From the IMG/VR virus record IMGVR_UViG_3300024348_000004: a DNA stretch of 64,000 nt; one strand, 5' to 3'. Position 1 is the first letter of the stretch. Each line of letters starts with the position of its first letter. This document shows positions 48,867 to 59,244 of this stretch, in pieces. A program made the translations under genes and the position numbers. Under the pieces are notes generated by a model. It saw only the letters and a program-made list of their open reading frames with translations, searched no databases and was not told where the DNA came from. The stretch comes from a virus.

Positions 48867-48879
48867 AGAGGAAATAAAA

Positions 48880-49434
48880 ATGGCATTATGGGGACATACT
48901 TCAGGTTCAGAATCAAAACCAAATTGGTTATCTGATGCTGATAAACAAAAAACTGTAGCAAAACCACACGGTTGGGAATTAGTTCGTAAAGTTGGTTCAA
49001 GAACTTTGACTGAAACATTAGTTGCGATGAAAAATCTAACTACTGCCTTGGGTGCTGCTAACTTAACTGATATCGATTGGAATATCACTGCTTTTGATAA
49101 GTCGGAAGGTGGAACATTATCTGTTACTGCAACTTTTAACGAAGATGTAACAGTAACTGGAACACCTCAACTATCTGTTGCTAACAATGGAAGTGGAAGA
49201 GGCCCACACGTATTATCATACGCAAGTGGTTCAGGTACTAACGAACTAGTATTCACATTAGTAATTGGTGCTGCTAACGCTGCTACAAATGCTGGTGATG
49301 TACTTTCAATTGGTGCTAACGCAATCGCATTAAACAGTGGTACAATTAAAGATAAGGGTACTGCAACAGTAAGTACAATTACTAACATTGCTGGAGTTGG
49401 AACTGCTGCTGGTACAATTACTGTAGTTGCATAA
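48880..49434 (+). CDS. Virion structural protein (MALWG family, Ig-like C-terminus)
   Basis: MALWG...GW...ETLVAM; FNEDVTVTGTPQL, YASGSGTNELVF; GAGG SD. Confidence 0.75.
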   Translation: MALWGHTSGSESKPNWLSDADKQKTVAKPHGWELVRKVGSRTLTETLVAMKNLTTALGAANLTDIDWNITAFDKSEGGTLSVTATFNEDVTVTGTPQLSVANNGSGRGPHVLSYASGSGTNELVFTLVIGAANAATNAGDVLSIGANAIALNSGTIKDKGTATVSTITNIAGVGTAAGTITVVA

Positions 49435-49450
49435 ACAATAGGGAAAAATT

Positions 49451-49870
49451 ATGAAGAAATTTAAAGACTTTTTAGATGAATCATATATGGACGGCGCTGG
49501 TCTATCTTCAGAGAAGGTACCATTTGACGTTGATGATTCGGTTGTTAAACAAAAAGTTAACGCTATCTTAGGACACACTGCAACAGTTGAGTTCATGAAT
49601 CCACTTGCTGCTTTGCAACAGATGGAATCTAAACTTATGCAGTTAGGAATGACTAAACTAAGAAGTGTTGGTGAAATGGGTGTTGTACAGAACGAAGAGT
49701 TTGATGACGCTGGAGAGATGGATTTAGAGTTCACAAGATATGAGTCATTTGGTAAGACTGTAGACACACCAAACGATGAGTTCGAAGAATCATCTAAAGC
49801 ATATACCCTAAAGGTTAGATACGAAAAACTAGAAACTGGTTCATTCAAAGTTTACGGTTCATTAGTATAA
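49451..49870 (+). CDS. Internal-head-protein-like protein
   Basis: N-terminus MKKFKDFLDES. Confidence 0.65.
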   Translation: MKKFKDFLDESYMDGAGLSSEKVPFDVDDSVVKQKVNAILGHTATVEFMNPLAALQQMESKLMQLGMTKLRSVGEMGVVQNEEFDDAGEMDLEFTRYESFGKTVDTPNDEFEESSKAYTLKVRYEKLETGSFKVYGSLV

Positions 49871-49885
49871 AAAAAACTAGACATT

Positions 49886-49911
49886 AAAAGGGACTTTACG
49901 TCCCTTTTTTT
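49886..49911 (+). terminator. Rho-independent terminator
   Basis: AAAAGGGAC-tttac-GTCCC followed by T7. Confidence 0.88.
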
Positions 49912-49942
49912 ATGGCTGAAATCGCCTATATAATTGTATATT

Positions 49943-50314
49943 ATGAAACTCTTTGATACCCTTACAAACAAAAATTTTACTGCATTCGCTCAAAAACACT
50001 ATGACGACCCACAATGTGAGACCATAGAAGACTTTGAGGAAGATTTGCGTAGATTCCGTTACCTTAAACGTCTCTTACACAGATACCATGAAAATGGTGA
50101 GATGAGAGAGCGTCTTATGTTAAACCATATCATTACCATATTCAATGTATTTGGATTTGATGCATCAATGAAAATGTTGGAGTTTAAATTGAAGGATGAG
50201 AAATATTGGATATCTGTTAAGACAATGTTACTCTACTTGGGGTACATTAATGAGTCGTGGTCACCCGAGATGCCTCTTGACGATGCACTTGTACAGAGGT
50301 TACGAGATTTATAA
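49943..50314 (+). CDS. Conserved T4-like hypothetical protein
   Basis: HYDDPQC..EDFEEDLRRFRYLKRL...ERLMLNHII. Confidence 0.8.
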   Translation: MKLFDTLTNKNFTAFAQKHYDDPQCETIEDFEEDLRRFRYLKRLLHRYHENGEMRERLMLNHIITIFNVFGFDASMKMLEFKLKDEKYWISVKTMLLYLGYINESWSPEMPLDDALVQRLRDL

Positions 50315-50316
50315 AC

Positions 50317-50392
50317 GCTCCCATAGCTCAGTTGGTAGAGCAACTGATTTGTAATCAGTAGGTCAACCGTTCGAATCGGTTTGGGAGCTCCA
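50317..50392 (+). tRNA. tRNA-Thr(UGU)
   Basis: GCTCCCA...loop TTTGTAA...GTTCGAATC...TGGGAGC T CCA. Confidence 0.95.
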
Positions 50393-50417
50393 CTATTTTG
50401 AATACATAAATAGAAGT

Positions 50418-50978
50418 ATGGCGAACTTAATAAACACACTTATAGTTTTTAGAATCATTAAAATGTTAACTCAGAAATGGGTGGACACGGATGCATATAA
50501 ACTTGGTTTGATTACCGGCAAGGGTAAACGAACTGAAAAAGAACCGAAAACATCCGAAGAGAAGAGTGCTTATTCCATGCTACACAAACTTGTCTTCAAC
50601 TTAAAACGAATCATAGAAAAGGTACCTTTTGGTAAATCTAGATTTGCATCATACGCTGTTGCAATCGCATTACTGAAAGAAGAGACAGGTATCACTGCAG
50701 AACAAGCAGAAGAATTGTGTGAGAAGGTTTACAGACACATCAAAGATACAGGTGAATTTGATGTAGACGACCTTCATGAAGCGAATCAAGTTATGACACT
50801 TGACGTTGGTAGACACTACCACCTTAGAAGAAACCTAGAAGAACAAAACGGTGTAACCTATCCACAAAAGACCCCTATAACAGTTATCGCAGAACACTCA
50901 ATAGTGTTTGGTGTTAACATCTATATCGCACAATGTGGAGTAGAACGAATATTGGTAACAGAAGATGACGTTTATTGA
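50418..50978 (+). CDS. Conserved T4-like late hypothetical protein
   Basis: DAYKLGLI...AYSMLHKLVFNLKR...SYAVAIALLKE; CATAAATA promoter. Confidence 0.75.
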   Translation: MANLINTLIVFRIIKMLTQKWVDTDAYKLGLITGKGKRTEKEPKTSEEKSAYSMLHKLVFNLKRIIEKVPFGKSRFASYAVAIALLKEETGITAEQAEELCEKVYRHIKDTGEFDVDDLHEANQVMTLDVGRHYHLRRNLEEQNGVTYPQKTPITVIAEHSIVFGVNIYIAQCGVERILVTEDDVY

Positions 50979-51732
50979 GGCAGTAGTAAACGTAGACAGT
51001 CTAAAACATACAGGGAAGACTAAGAAACCCAAGATAGAAGAATTGGGTGAATTGTTCGACACTAAAGTTTTGGAGGAGTTATCTTTAAATCCGAATACTG
51101 CCAATTCTAGTCCACAAACCATCAAAGAACTCAAACAGATGGTTGGTATGATTCAGAAACTTACAGATGAACAGAAGAAACGTTATCTAAACACAGATGA
51201 AGACACTTCATACTACATCAAAGAATACATGTCGAACAATGATTTAGCATATACAGATGATGATATAGAAAAAATCACAGATAGTGCAAGACACATTGGT
51301 AGACAATTCAAGAATAAATACATGAGACCGAGACCTTATGTACTTGCAGAGAAACTAGGTATGGAAATGGACTATTTCAATACAGAAACTGCACAATCCC
51401 CATCATATCCTTCAAACCATGCTTTACAGGCGAGAGTAGTTGCAAACTACTACTCATCAATCTATCCCCAACATAAATCTGAATTGTTGGCAATGGCAGA
51501 AATCTCTGCACTGGGTAGAGTCCATGCTGGTATCCACTATCCTAGTGATAAGATAGCAGGATACCAACTAGCGGATGCATGTATGAAGTATTTTAAATAT
51601 GATATATTAGAAGATGCGCCCTTGAATGCTACAGGTACTGCAGTTGCAACAGATGTACCAGTGGTAAAGAAGAAAAAGAAATACGAACCTGCCCAACTCT
51701 TTGACTTAATCAAAAGAAACTCACAGGTATAA
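50965..51732 (+). CDS. PAP2-family phosphatase
   Basis: K...RPRP, SPSYPSNH, GRVHAGIHYPSD. Confidence 0.85.
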   Translation: MTFIEAVVNVDSLKHTGKTKKPKIEELGELFDTKVLEELSLNPNTANSSPQTIKELKQMVGMIQKLTDEQKKRYLNTDEDTSYYIKEYMSNNDLAYTDDDIEKITDSARHIGRQFKNKYMRPRPYVLAEKLGMEMDYFNTETAQSPSYPSNHALQARVVANYYSSIYPQHKSELLAMAEISALGRVHAGIHYPSDKIAGYQLADACMKYFKYDILEDAPLNATGTAVATDVPVVKKKKKYEPAQLFDLIKRNSQV

Positions 51733-51734
51733 CT

Positions 51735-52598
51735 ATGTTGAAACTATTAAATTACTTAGCTCTAATTACATCTATTGTAATCGCTGGAATTGCTGCATAC
51801 TTCTCAGTCATAGGTATGGCGACAATGTTCGCAGGTGCATATCTAGGAACAGTCGTAATGATGACTGCATTGGAATTTGGTAAACTTGTGACCGCTGCTT
51901 ATCTTCACCTCGCATGGGAGAAGATGAACTATCTAAAATGGTATTTACTATCTTCAGTTGTGGTACTCATGCTCATAACATCACTTGGTATATTTGGTTA
52001 TCTATCTAAGGCGAACATTGAAGTGTCACTAGTGGGTGATGGGAACAGTTTAGAACTATCCATACTGGACACTAGAATAGATGCAGAGAAAGGTAAGATA
52101 GAAAGATATCAAGATAGAGTTGCAAACTTAGACCTAGTGTTATCTACTGGTAGACCACAAGATAGAAACTATATCAACAGACAACAGAAAGACGAAAGAA
52201 ACCAAATTGCAGAAGATATAGATACAGCGATCGGCTTGATTACAGAATACACGGAGGACAAACTCCCGATTCAACGGAAACAACTTGAACAGAACTCAAA
52301 AATAGGGCCAATCAAGTATGTTGCAGAAGTTATATACGGTCAAGAGGAAAGTGTCAAGTATCTTGACAACGCAGTTAGGTGGGTGATTTTTGCACTTATT
52401 TTTGTGTTTGACCCACTTGCAGTGTTACTTTTGGTCACTAGTGTTGCACTTATTGTTGATAAGAAACCTATACCAAAAAGAAAAACCCCATCAGCACAGA
52501 AAAAAAAAGTAACCGCAAAACCACAACCAAAAGTAACAAATAAAATTGTACTACAGGTACCAAAAGACAAGGTTTTAGACTTGTCAAAAGATAAATAA
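51735..52598 (+). CDS. Conserved membrane protein with coiled coil
   Basis: AAYFSVIG, LEFGKLV, ITSLGIFGYLS, GPIKYVA, IFVFDPLAV. Confidence 0.8.
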   Translation: MLKLLNYLALITSIVIAGIAAYFSVIGMATMFAGAYLGTVVMMTALEFGKLVTAAYLHLAWEKMNYLKWYLLSSVVVLMLITSLGIFGYLSKANIEVSLVGDGNSLELSILDTRIDAEKGKIERYQDRVANLDLVLSTGRPQDRNYINRQQKDERNQIAEDIDTAIGLITEYTEDKLPIQRKQLEQNSKIGPIKYVAEVIYGQEESVKYLDNAVRWVIFALIFVFDPLAVLLLVTSVALIVDKKPIPKRKTPSAQKKKVTAKPQPKVTNKIVLQVPKDKVLDLSKDK

Positions 52599-52624
52599 CA
52601 GTGTACACTAATTAGGAGTAACAA

Positions 52625-52876
52625 ATGACAGATTTAAATTTAGGAGAAATGACCAAAGAGGAACGTTTAGAGTTCTATAAAGGTGATGGAAAACCAGTAG
52701 CACCCGAAGGGTTCAATGGAAAGGATGCAACAGAAGAGGCGGTGCAATCATACGAAACTTCACTCGCAACTAACGAAAGACAAATTGCATCTTTAGAGGC
52801 AGAACTTGAAGTACTTGCGGAAATTGCTAGAAAAGAAGCAGAGAAAGAAGGTAAATTTGCAGTCCAAGAAGACTAG
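52625..52876 (+). CDS. Late hypothetical protein
   Basis: AGGAG SD, GATAAATA upstream; similar to next gene (ER..F..GDG.PV.PEG). Confidence 0.65.
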   Translation: MTDLNLGEMTKEERLEFYKGDGKPVAPEGFNGKDATEEAVQSYETSLATNERQIASLEAELEVLAEIARKEAEKEGKFAVQED

Positions 52877-52917
52877 TATTTACTAAATAGATAGTAACAT
52901 TAATTTAGGAGATTAAC

Positions 52918-53124
52918 ATGCCAGAACCATTATCGCCAATCCCAACGATTGACAACCTAGTAGAAAGGAAAGCATGGTTTGAGACAGGAGATGGATTGCC
53001 TGTTCAACCCGAAGGTTATGCAGACTTAGCATCAGACGACCCAAAAAAGGTCGCATACGATGGTTCAGTCACAACAAACGCTGCTCAAGTCGCTGAAATT
53101 CAAGCACTAATAGACGCCGGATAA
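52918..53124 (+). CDS. Late hypothetical protein (paralog of preceding gene)
   Basis: AGGAG SD, ACTAAATA upstream; ERKAWFETGDGLPVQPEGY. Confidence 0.65.
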   Translation: MPEPLSPIPTIDNLVERKAWFETGDGLPVQPEGYADLASDDPKKVAYDGSVTTNAAQVAEIQALIDAG

Positions 53125-53174
53125 TTCCCCAAAATCCACTTGAAATAACATACATTTAGTGATATACTGAGTGT

Positions 53175-54218
53175 ATGTTATGGATAGAGCGAAAGTACCT
53201 CTCTACAGTTACACCTCATCTTGAGGTTTGTAAATGGAAGGGAGACAGTACATTAAATCACAGATGTCTTTATTGTGGTGATTCCCAAAAGAATCGCTAC
53301 AAAGCACGAGCATATCATTTTTTAGTCGACCAATCATTCATATATAAGTGTCATAACTGTGGTAAATCCACATCATCAATGACGTTTTTGAAAGACCATT
53401 TTCCTGTACAATACAAGGAGTATGTTAAAGAACTTCTACAAGAGAAACATGGTAAGAAGAATGTCAATCAAAGAATGCCATCATCGAATGCATTCAAGTT
53501 TAAACCCAAGACTACTGAAAGTCTAAATACAGATACAACAAAAATGACCATTGAGAACTTGAAGTTTATAGCGAAACCAGCGATTGAAAGTAAAGTCGCA
53601 AGGGAGTACCTAGACAACAGAAAAATTCCAGTAGAGTCACAAAAAGAGTTGTGGTTTGTTGAATCTGCACAAAGTCTATCGTTCTTGTCAGATAAATATA
53701 AAACAAGACCTCTAGGAAATAATCCTAGAATTGTATTGCCATTCATCAAGAATGGGAAACTTGTTGGTGTTAGTGGGAGAGCAATCGATGACTCACCGTT
53801 GAGATATCTAACAATGAGATTCCGAGATGATGATTCACTCATCTTCAATATTGATAAAGTGAATATGACTAAAACTATCTATGTTACAGAAGGGCCACTA
53901 GACAGTTTATTCCTACCAAACAGTATTGCTGTCGGTGGTAGTGACTTTAAAAAAATCGACAATGCTATAAAAGACAACGCAATAATAATTTATGACAATG
54001 AACCACGAAACAAAGAAATTCTAAAGAAAATTGATGAGGTAATCGATGAAGGTTACCGTGTGTGTATTTGGAATGATAAGAGAGTAGAAGGATTGAAAGA
54101 TATAAACAATATGATAATGAGTGGAATGACAAGCGAAGACATTGTGTCAATTATAGATAACTGTACAACCGAAGGTCTCACTGCAAAACTGAAACTAAAG
54201 GAGTACAAGAGAATATGA
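53175..54218 (+). CDS. 61: gp61 DNA primase
   Basis: RCLYCGDS...CHNCG zinc finger, TEGPLDSLF, YDNEPRN, KDIN. Confidence 0.95.
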   Translation: MLWIERKYLSTVTPHLEVCKWKGDSTLNHRCLYCGDSQKNRYKARAYHFLVDQSFIYKCHNCGKSTSSMTFLKDHFPVQYKEYVKELLQEKHGKKNVNQRMPSSNAFKFKPKTTESLNTDTTKMTIENLKFIAKPAIESKVAREYLDNRKIPVESQKELWFVESAQSLSFLSDKYKTRPLGNNPRIVLPFIKNGKLVGVSGRAIDDSPLRYLTMRFRDDDSLIFNIDKVNMTKTIYVTEGPLDSLFLPNSIAVGGSDFKKIDNAIKDNAIIIYDNEPRNKEILKKIDEVIDEGYRVCIWNDKRVEGLKDINNMIMSGMTSEDIVSIIDNCTTEGLTAKLKLKEYKRI

Positions 54219-56506
54219 ATGCTATGATAAAAGTATTAAAATCAGATGGTTCGAAATCGGACATCAACCTAGACAAGATTCATCGTATGGTAGAAAAATC
54301 ATGCAGAGGAATTACAGGTGTATCAGAATCATTGGTTGAAATGAATAGTGGACTCCAGTTCTTTGACGGTATCACCACAAAAGAAATTCAAAAGATTCTA
54401 GTGAAAAGTGCAAGTGACTTAATTACACTAGAGAATCCCAATTACCAATTTGTTGCAGCTAGGTTACTACTATTTGCAATTCAAAAACAAGTGTTCAATA
54501 CCAAGTGGAAAGATTCAGAGATATATCCACCACTGGATGAAATCATACATAGAAATATAGACTTTGGTGTGTATGATGATGCTATCATCAACTCATATTC
54601 TACCGAAGAAATCAACAGGATTGATTCTTTCATTAAACATGGAAGAGATACAGACTTTACCTATGCTGGTCTACAACAAATAGTAGACAAGTATTTGGTA
54701 CAAGATAGGTCAGCAAATTTGGTCTATGAAACCCCACAGTTCATGTATATGTTAATATCCATGACACTGTTCCAAAACTATGATAAAGACAAAAGGTTAG
54801 ACTATGTCAAAAAATACTACGATGCAATCTCAACATTCAAAATCAACATCCCCACCCCTATCATGGCAGGAGTTAGAACTCCTTTACGACAATTTGCTTC
54901 GTGTGTGCTTGTCGACACAGACGACACTCTCGACAGTATCTTCTCAAGTGATATGGCCATTGGAAAATACGTTGCTCAACGTGCCGGAATCGGTATTAAC
55001 GCAGGAAGAATTAGAGGAATTGGTTCAAGGATTAGAGGAGGCGAAGTCCAGCATACGGGCGTCATCCCATTCCTTAAAAAATTTGAATCAACTGTTAGAT
55101 GTTGCACCCAAAACGGAGTAAGGGGAGGAAGTGCAACAGTTCATTTCCCTATCTGGCACCAAGAGATACGAGACATTCTTGTACTCAAGAACAACAAGGG
55201 TACAGAAGATAACAGAGTCAGAAAGTTAGATTATTCTATTCAGTTATCAGAGTTATTCTATAAGAGATTTTTAAAGAATGACGACATCACATTGTTCTCA
55301 CCCCATGAAGCTCCTGGGCTCTATGAAGCATTCGGAACACCCGAATTCGATGAACTCTATGAGAAATATGAACGTGCTACATCCGTCAATAAGATTAAGG
55401 TGAGTGCAAGGGAACTAATTACTGATTTGCTAAAAGAAAGAGCAGAGACTGGTAGAATCTATATTATGAATATAGACCACTGTAATACACATAGTAGTTT
55501 TAAAGACAAAGTTAACATGAGTAACTTATGTCAAGAGATTACACTACCGACAGACCCAATCCAACATATTGATGGTAAGGGTGAAATCGCATTGTGTATA
55601 CTGAGTGCTATTAATGTGGGAATTGTAAAATCGGACGAAATGGAGAACTTGTGTGACCTCGCAGTGAGAGGACTTGAAGAACTGATAGACCACCAAGAGT
55701 ATCCAGTAGAAGCAGCTCGAGCATCTACTATCGCCCGTAGGTCATTGGGGATTGGTTATATTGGACTTGCACACTTCCTTGCGAAGAACAAAGTCAAGTA
55801 TGGCGACCCCGATGCACTTAAATTAGTACACGAACTTACAGAGTCATTCCAATACTATTTACTCAAAGCATCCAACACTATTGCAAAAGAGAAAGGTGCT
55901 TGTTTAGGTTTTGGTGGGACAAAGTATTCAGATGGTATTCTACCCATCGACACTTACAAAAAGGAAGTTGATGAATTGACACCAAATGTGTTAAACCATG
56001 ATTGGGAAACATTGAGGGGTGACATCAAAGAATATGGTCTTAGACACTCTACACTAACTGCACAGATGCCAAGTGAATCATCAAGTGTTGTATCAAATGC
56101 AACAAATGGTGTAGAACCACCTAGAGATTATCTGAGTGTTAAGAAGAGTAAAAAGGGTACATTGAAACAAGTGGTACCACAATACACACACTTAAAGAAT
56201 TCTTATACATTACTATGGGATATGCCAGATAACACTGGATATATAAATATCGTAGCAGTGATGCAGAAATTCTTTGACCAAGGTATTAGTGGTAACTGGT
56301 CATACAACCCCGAGAACTACCCTAACAATGAAGTTCCTGTATCAGTAATGGCGAGGGATTTTCTAACCACATACAAGTATGGTTGGAAGACATCCTATTA
56401 CCAAAACACTATGGATGGTAAGACTGAAGACGTTGTCACAGACGAACCATTGCAACAAACAAATTATGAGGGAGATGATGAAGACTGCGAAGCATGTGCG
56501 ATATAG
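54215..56506 (+). CDS. nrdA: Class Ia ribonucleotide reductase alpha subunit
   Basis: ATP cone, PTPIMAG, QFASCVL, SNLCQEI, MPSESSS, C-terminal CEACAI. Confidence 0.97.
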   Translation: MNAMIKVLKSDGSKSDINLDKIHRMVEKSCRGITGVSESLVEMNSGLQFFDGITTKEIQKILVKSASDLITLENPNYQFVAARLLLFAIQKQVFNTKWKDSEIYPPLDEIIHRNIDFGVYDDAIINSYSTEEINRIDSFIKHGRDTDFTYAGLQQIVDKYLVQDRSANLVYETPQFMYMLISMTLFQNYDKDKRLDYVKKYYDAISTFKINIPTPIMAGVRTPLRQFASCVLVDTDDTLDSIFSSDMAIGKYVAQRAGIGINAGRIRGIGSRIRGGEVQHTGVIPFLKKFESTVRCCTQNGVRGGSATVHFPIWHQEIRDILVLKNNKGTEDNRVRKLDYSIQLSELFYKRFLKNDDITLFSPHEAPGLYEAFGTPEFDELYEKYERATSVNKIKVSARELITDLLKERAETGRIYIMNIDHCNTHSSFKDKVNMSNLCQEITLPTDPIQHIDGKGEIALCILSAINVGIVKSDEMENLCDLAVRGLEELIDHQEYPVEAARASTIARRSLGIGYIGLAHFLAKNKVKYGDPDALKLVHELTESFQYYLLKASNTIAKEKGACLGFGGTKYSDGILPIDTYKKEVDELTPNVLNHDWETLRGDIKEYGLRHSTLTAQMPSESSSVVSNATNGVEPPRDYLSVKKSKKGTLKQVVPQYTHLKNSYTLLWDMPDNTGYINIVAVMQKFFDQGISGNWSYNPENYPNNEVPVSVMARDFLTTYKYGWKTSYYQNTMDGKTEDVVTDEPLQQTNYEGDDEDCEACAI

Positions 56507-57467
56507 AAGTAATCGTCAATATGTGTCTGATGAAGATAAGACAGTAAGAATTAGGTCACTTGAACATGAAAGTGATGGAAAATACGTTTTTGGTCACACC
56601 AATGAAGAGACCATGTCATTCATTGAGAATAGATATCTGATTCTTAGAGATTTTATACCACAAGATATCATTGATATGACAATGGACACGTGGAAGACTA
56701 TCGAAGGACAAGAAGACTCAGTACTCAAAAGAGAAGGCGACATCATATTTGAGTCACCTACAACATCACTGGGTAAGTCAGTTGCTGCTTACTCATTTCC
56801 GCCTGCAGTAGCATTGCATAGATGGTTATGGGAGAACCTAAAACCAGTATTAGATTTCGATTTAAAAGAAACTTATGCATACAGTAGAAAGTATGAACGA
56901 GGTGCATATCTAAAATCACACATGGATAGACCATCATGTGAGATTAGTGCTACTCTTTGTTTGGACTATTCATCCGATGATGGGACACCATGGTCAATAT
57001 GGATTCAGAATGATAAGAACTATCTTGGAGAGGAGATGGGTCATGAAGAGATGTTTGAGTTAACACAAGCACCACGTCATAAAGACAGGACTGGTACAAA
57101 GGTTATACTACATCCAGGCGATGTCATGTTATATCAAGGGCCAAATTGTCCTCATTGGAGAGATTATTTTGTAGGAGAATACTCATACCACATGTTTTTA
57201 CATTTTATAAGACATCCAGGCCCAATTGATGAAATACCAAATTCTACAGAAGAGATTGCGCCTCGTCAATATTGTGCTTCACATAACAATCTTCAATGGG
57301 ATGGAAGAGAAGATAGATACGGTGGTGAGGGTGATAATAAAGACAACCTAGCATTCGAAAGAGCAAACAAAGCATGGCACAATGCATCACCCGAAGAAAG
57401 AGTGTTATGGTCGAATCGGTATGATTACGTGAGAGCAGAAGAGAAGGAAAGGAACAGGAAAAAATGA
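56475..57467 (+). CDS. 2OG-Fe(II) oxygenase-like protein between nrdA and nrdB
   Basis: YAYSRKY...HMDRPSCEISATL...PGDVMLYQG...HWR...FLHF. Confidence 0.8.
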   Translation: MMKTAKHVRYRSNRQYVSDEDKTVRIRSLEHESDGKYVFGHTNEETMSFIENRYLILRDFIPQDIIDMTMDTWKTIEGQEDSVLKREGDIIFESPTTSLGKSVAAYSFPPAVALHRWLWENLKPVLDFDLKETYAYSRKYERGAYLKSHMDRPSCEISATLCLDYSSDDGTPWSIWIQNDKNYLGEEMGHEEMFELTQAPRHKDRTGTKVILHPGDVMLYQGPNCPHWRDYFVGEYSYHMFLHFIRHPGPIDEIPNSTEEIAPRQYCASHNNLQWDGREDRYGGEGDNKDNLAFERANKAWHNASPEERVLWSNRYDYVRAEEKERNRKK

Positions 57468-58561
57468 CAGTATTTAACAAGAACAACATAGACTTTACCA
57501 AAGAGAAATTATTCTTTGGTGAACCACTAAACACACAAAGATTTGATGAGTTCAAATATCCCATATTTGATAAACTCACACAGACACAACTAGGATTCTT
57601 TTGGAGACCCGAAGAGGTATCACTACAGAAAGATAGGAGTGATTACAATTCACTGAATGATGCACAGAAGCACATCTTCACATCCAATCTAAGATACCAA
57701 ACACTATTGGATAGTGTACAAGGACGTGCTCCATCAATTGCATTCCTACCATTTGTGTCATTACCCGAGTTAGAGTCTTGTATCATTACATGGGACTTTA
57801 TGGAGACCATACATTCACGTTCCTACACTCATATTATAAAGAATGTTTATAGTAACCCAAGTGATATCTTTGACACTATCTTAGATGAACCTGCTATTGT
57901 TGCACGTGCTGAGTCAGTAACTAAGAAATACGATGAGTTTATTGAATTGGGTAGACGTAGACTACTAGGTCTTAAAGTAGATGATTACGATTTATATAAG
58001 GCACTATACCTTGCACTTATAAGTGTAAACATTCTAGAAGGGATTAGATTCTTTGTATCATTTGCATGTTCATTTGCATTCGGTGAGTTGAAACTCATGG
58101 AAGGAAGTGCAAAGATTATATCTCTAATCGCAAGAGATGAATCACAACATCTTGCAGTGTCGCAACACATACTCAAAGCATATAAGAATCAAGAGAATGA
58201 TAAACTTATGATTCAAGTGATGAAGGATTGTGAATCTGAAGTGTACACTATGTATGAGGATGCAGTCGCACAAGAGAAAGACTGGGCAGATTTCCTATTC
58301 CAACATGGGTCAATGATTGGTTTGAGTACTCAATTGTTAGGAAACTATGTTGAATTTACTGCTAATAAGAGATTACGTGCAATTGGACTGAACCCTATAT
58401 ATGATATCAGTTCAACGAACAATCCACTACCATGGACATCACATTGGTTCAACAGTAGAGGATTGCAGAATGCACCACAAGAGACAGAAATAGAGTCGTA
58501 TGTCATCGGTGGTATTACACAAGATGTAGACGACTCAACTTTTGAGGACTTTAAACTATGA
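57464..58561 (+). CDS. nrdB: Class Ia ribonucleotide reductase beta subunit
   Basis: FFWRPEE, DSVQGR, ETIHSRSY, EGIRFFVSF, RDESQH, APQETE. Confidence 0.97.
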   Translation: MTVFNKNNIDFTKEKLFFGEPLNTQRFDEFKYPIFDKLTQTQLGFFWRPEEVSLQKDRSDYNSLNDAQKHIFTSNLRYQTLLDSVQGRAPSIAFLPFVSLPELESCIITWDFMETIHSRSYTHIIKNVYSNPSDIFDTILDEPAIVARAESVTKKYDEFIELGRRRLLGLKVDDYDLYKALYLALISVNILEGIRFFVSFACSFAFGELKLMEGSAKIISLIARDESQHLAVSQHILKAYKNQENDKLMIQVMKDCESEVYTMYEDAVAQEKDWADFLFQHGSMIGLSTQLLGNYVEFTANKRLRAIGLNPIYDISSTNNPLPWTSHWFNSRGLQNAPQETEIESYVIGGITQDVDDSTFEDFKL

Positions 58562-58797
58562 TTGAAATATTTGGAAAAACACAATGTCCATTTTGTGATA
58601 AAGCAAAGTCTTTATGTGAAAAGGAAGGACTAGAATACACTTACAAACAGTTGGGTACTGATTTCACTAGAGAAGAACTCTTTGAAGAGTTTCCAACTGC
58701 ACGAACATTCCCACAAATCAGAGTGGATGGTGATGCAATAGGTGGGTATGACCAACTTGCAGAATATGTAAAACACGGAAACGTTTGGGAAGACTAA
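58558..58797 (+). CDS. nrdC: Glutaredoxin (NrdC)
   Basis: CPFC, TFPQI, IGGYDQL. Confidence 0.93.
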   Translation: MIEIFGKTQCPFCDKAKSLCEKEGLEYTYKQLGTDFTREELFEEFPTARTFPQIRVDGDAIGGYDQLAEYVKHGNVWED

Positions 58798-59075
58798 TGG
58801 GACAAGCAAACGAGTACTACCTATATCTACCCAAACCAAGTGACCAAGATGTCATATGTGAGAGGTGGAAACACCTCTTTGGGATGATTGATAGGGAGTA
58901 TCAAACTGTACGTGTGTACACTGCTGGACTCGAATTTCATACAGATGAAGCGAAACACAAACTACCATATGCTGTCTATAATGACAAAAAGATGTCATTT
59001 GAGTCTCTTTATGAGAAAATTATGGTGAAAAGTGAGAAAGATAATACAGGATGGAGACCAAATTATGACAATTAA
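58797..59075 (+). CDS. Hypothetical protein
   Basis: TAATG coupling. Confidence 0.6.
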   Translation: MGQANEYYLYLPKPSDQDVICERWKHLFGMIDREYQTVRVYTAGLEFHTDEAKHKLPYAVYNDKKMSFESLYEKIMVKSEKDNTGWRPNYDN

Positions 59076-59244
59076 CCTTGACAATGGCCACAACTTTTTA
59101 GTATCATGTAACAGTTGTAAGAGTGAATTCGAATGCTTTTATGATATGGATGAGAACCACTATACTATAGCACATTGTGTGTTCTGTGGTTCCGAGATAA
59201 GTGAAGATGAGGTTGAAAGAATTGATGACGAAGATATGGTTTGA
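59065..59244 (+). CDS. Small zinc-ribbon protein
   Basis: CNSC...CVFCG. Confidence 0.7.
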   Translation: MTINLDNGHNFLVSCNSCKSEFECFYDMDENHYTIAHCVFCGSEISEDEVERIDDEDMV

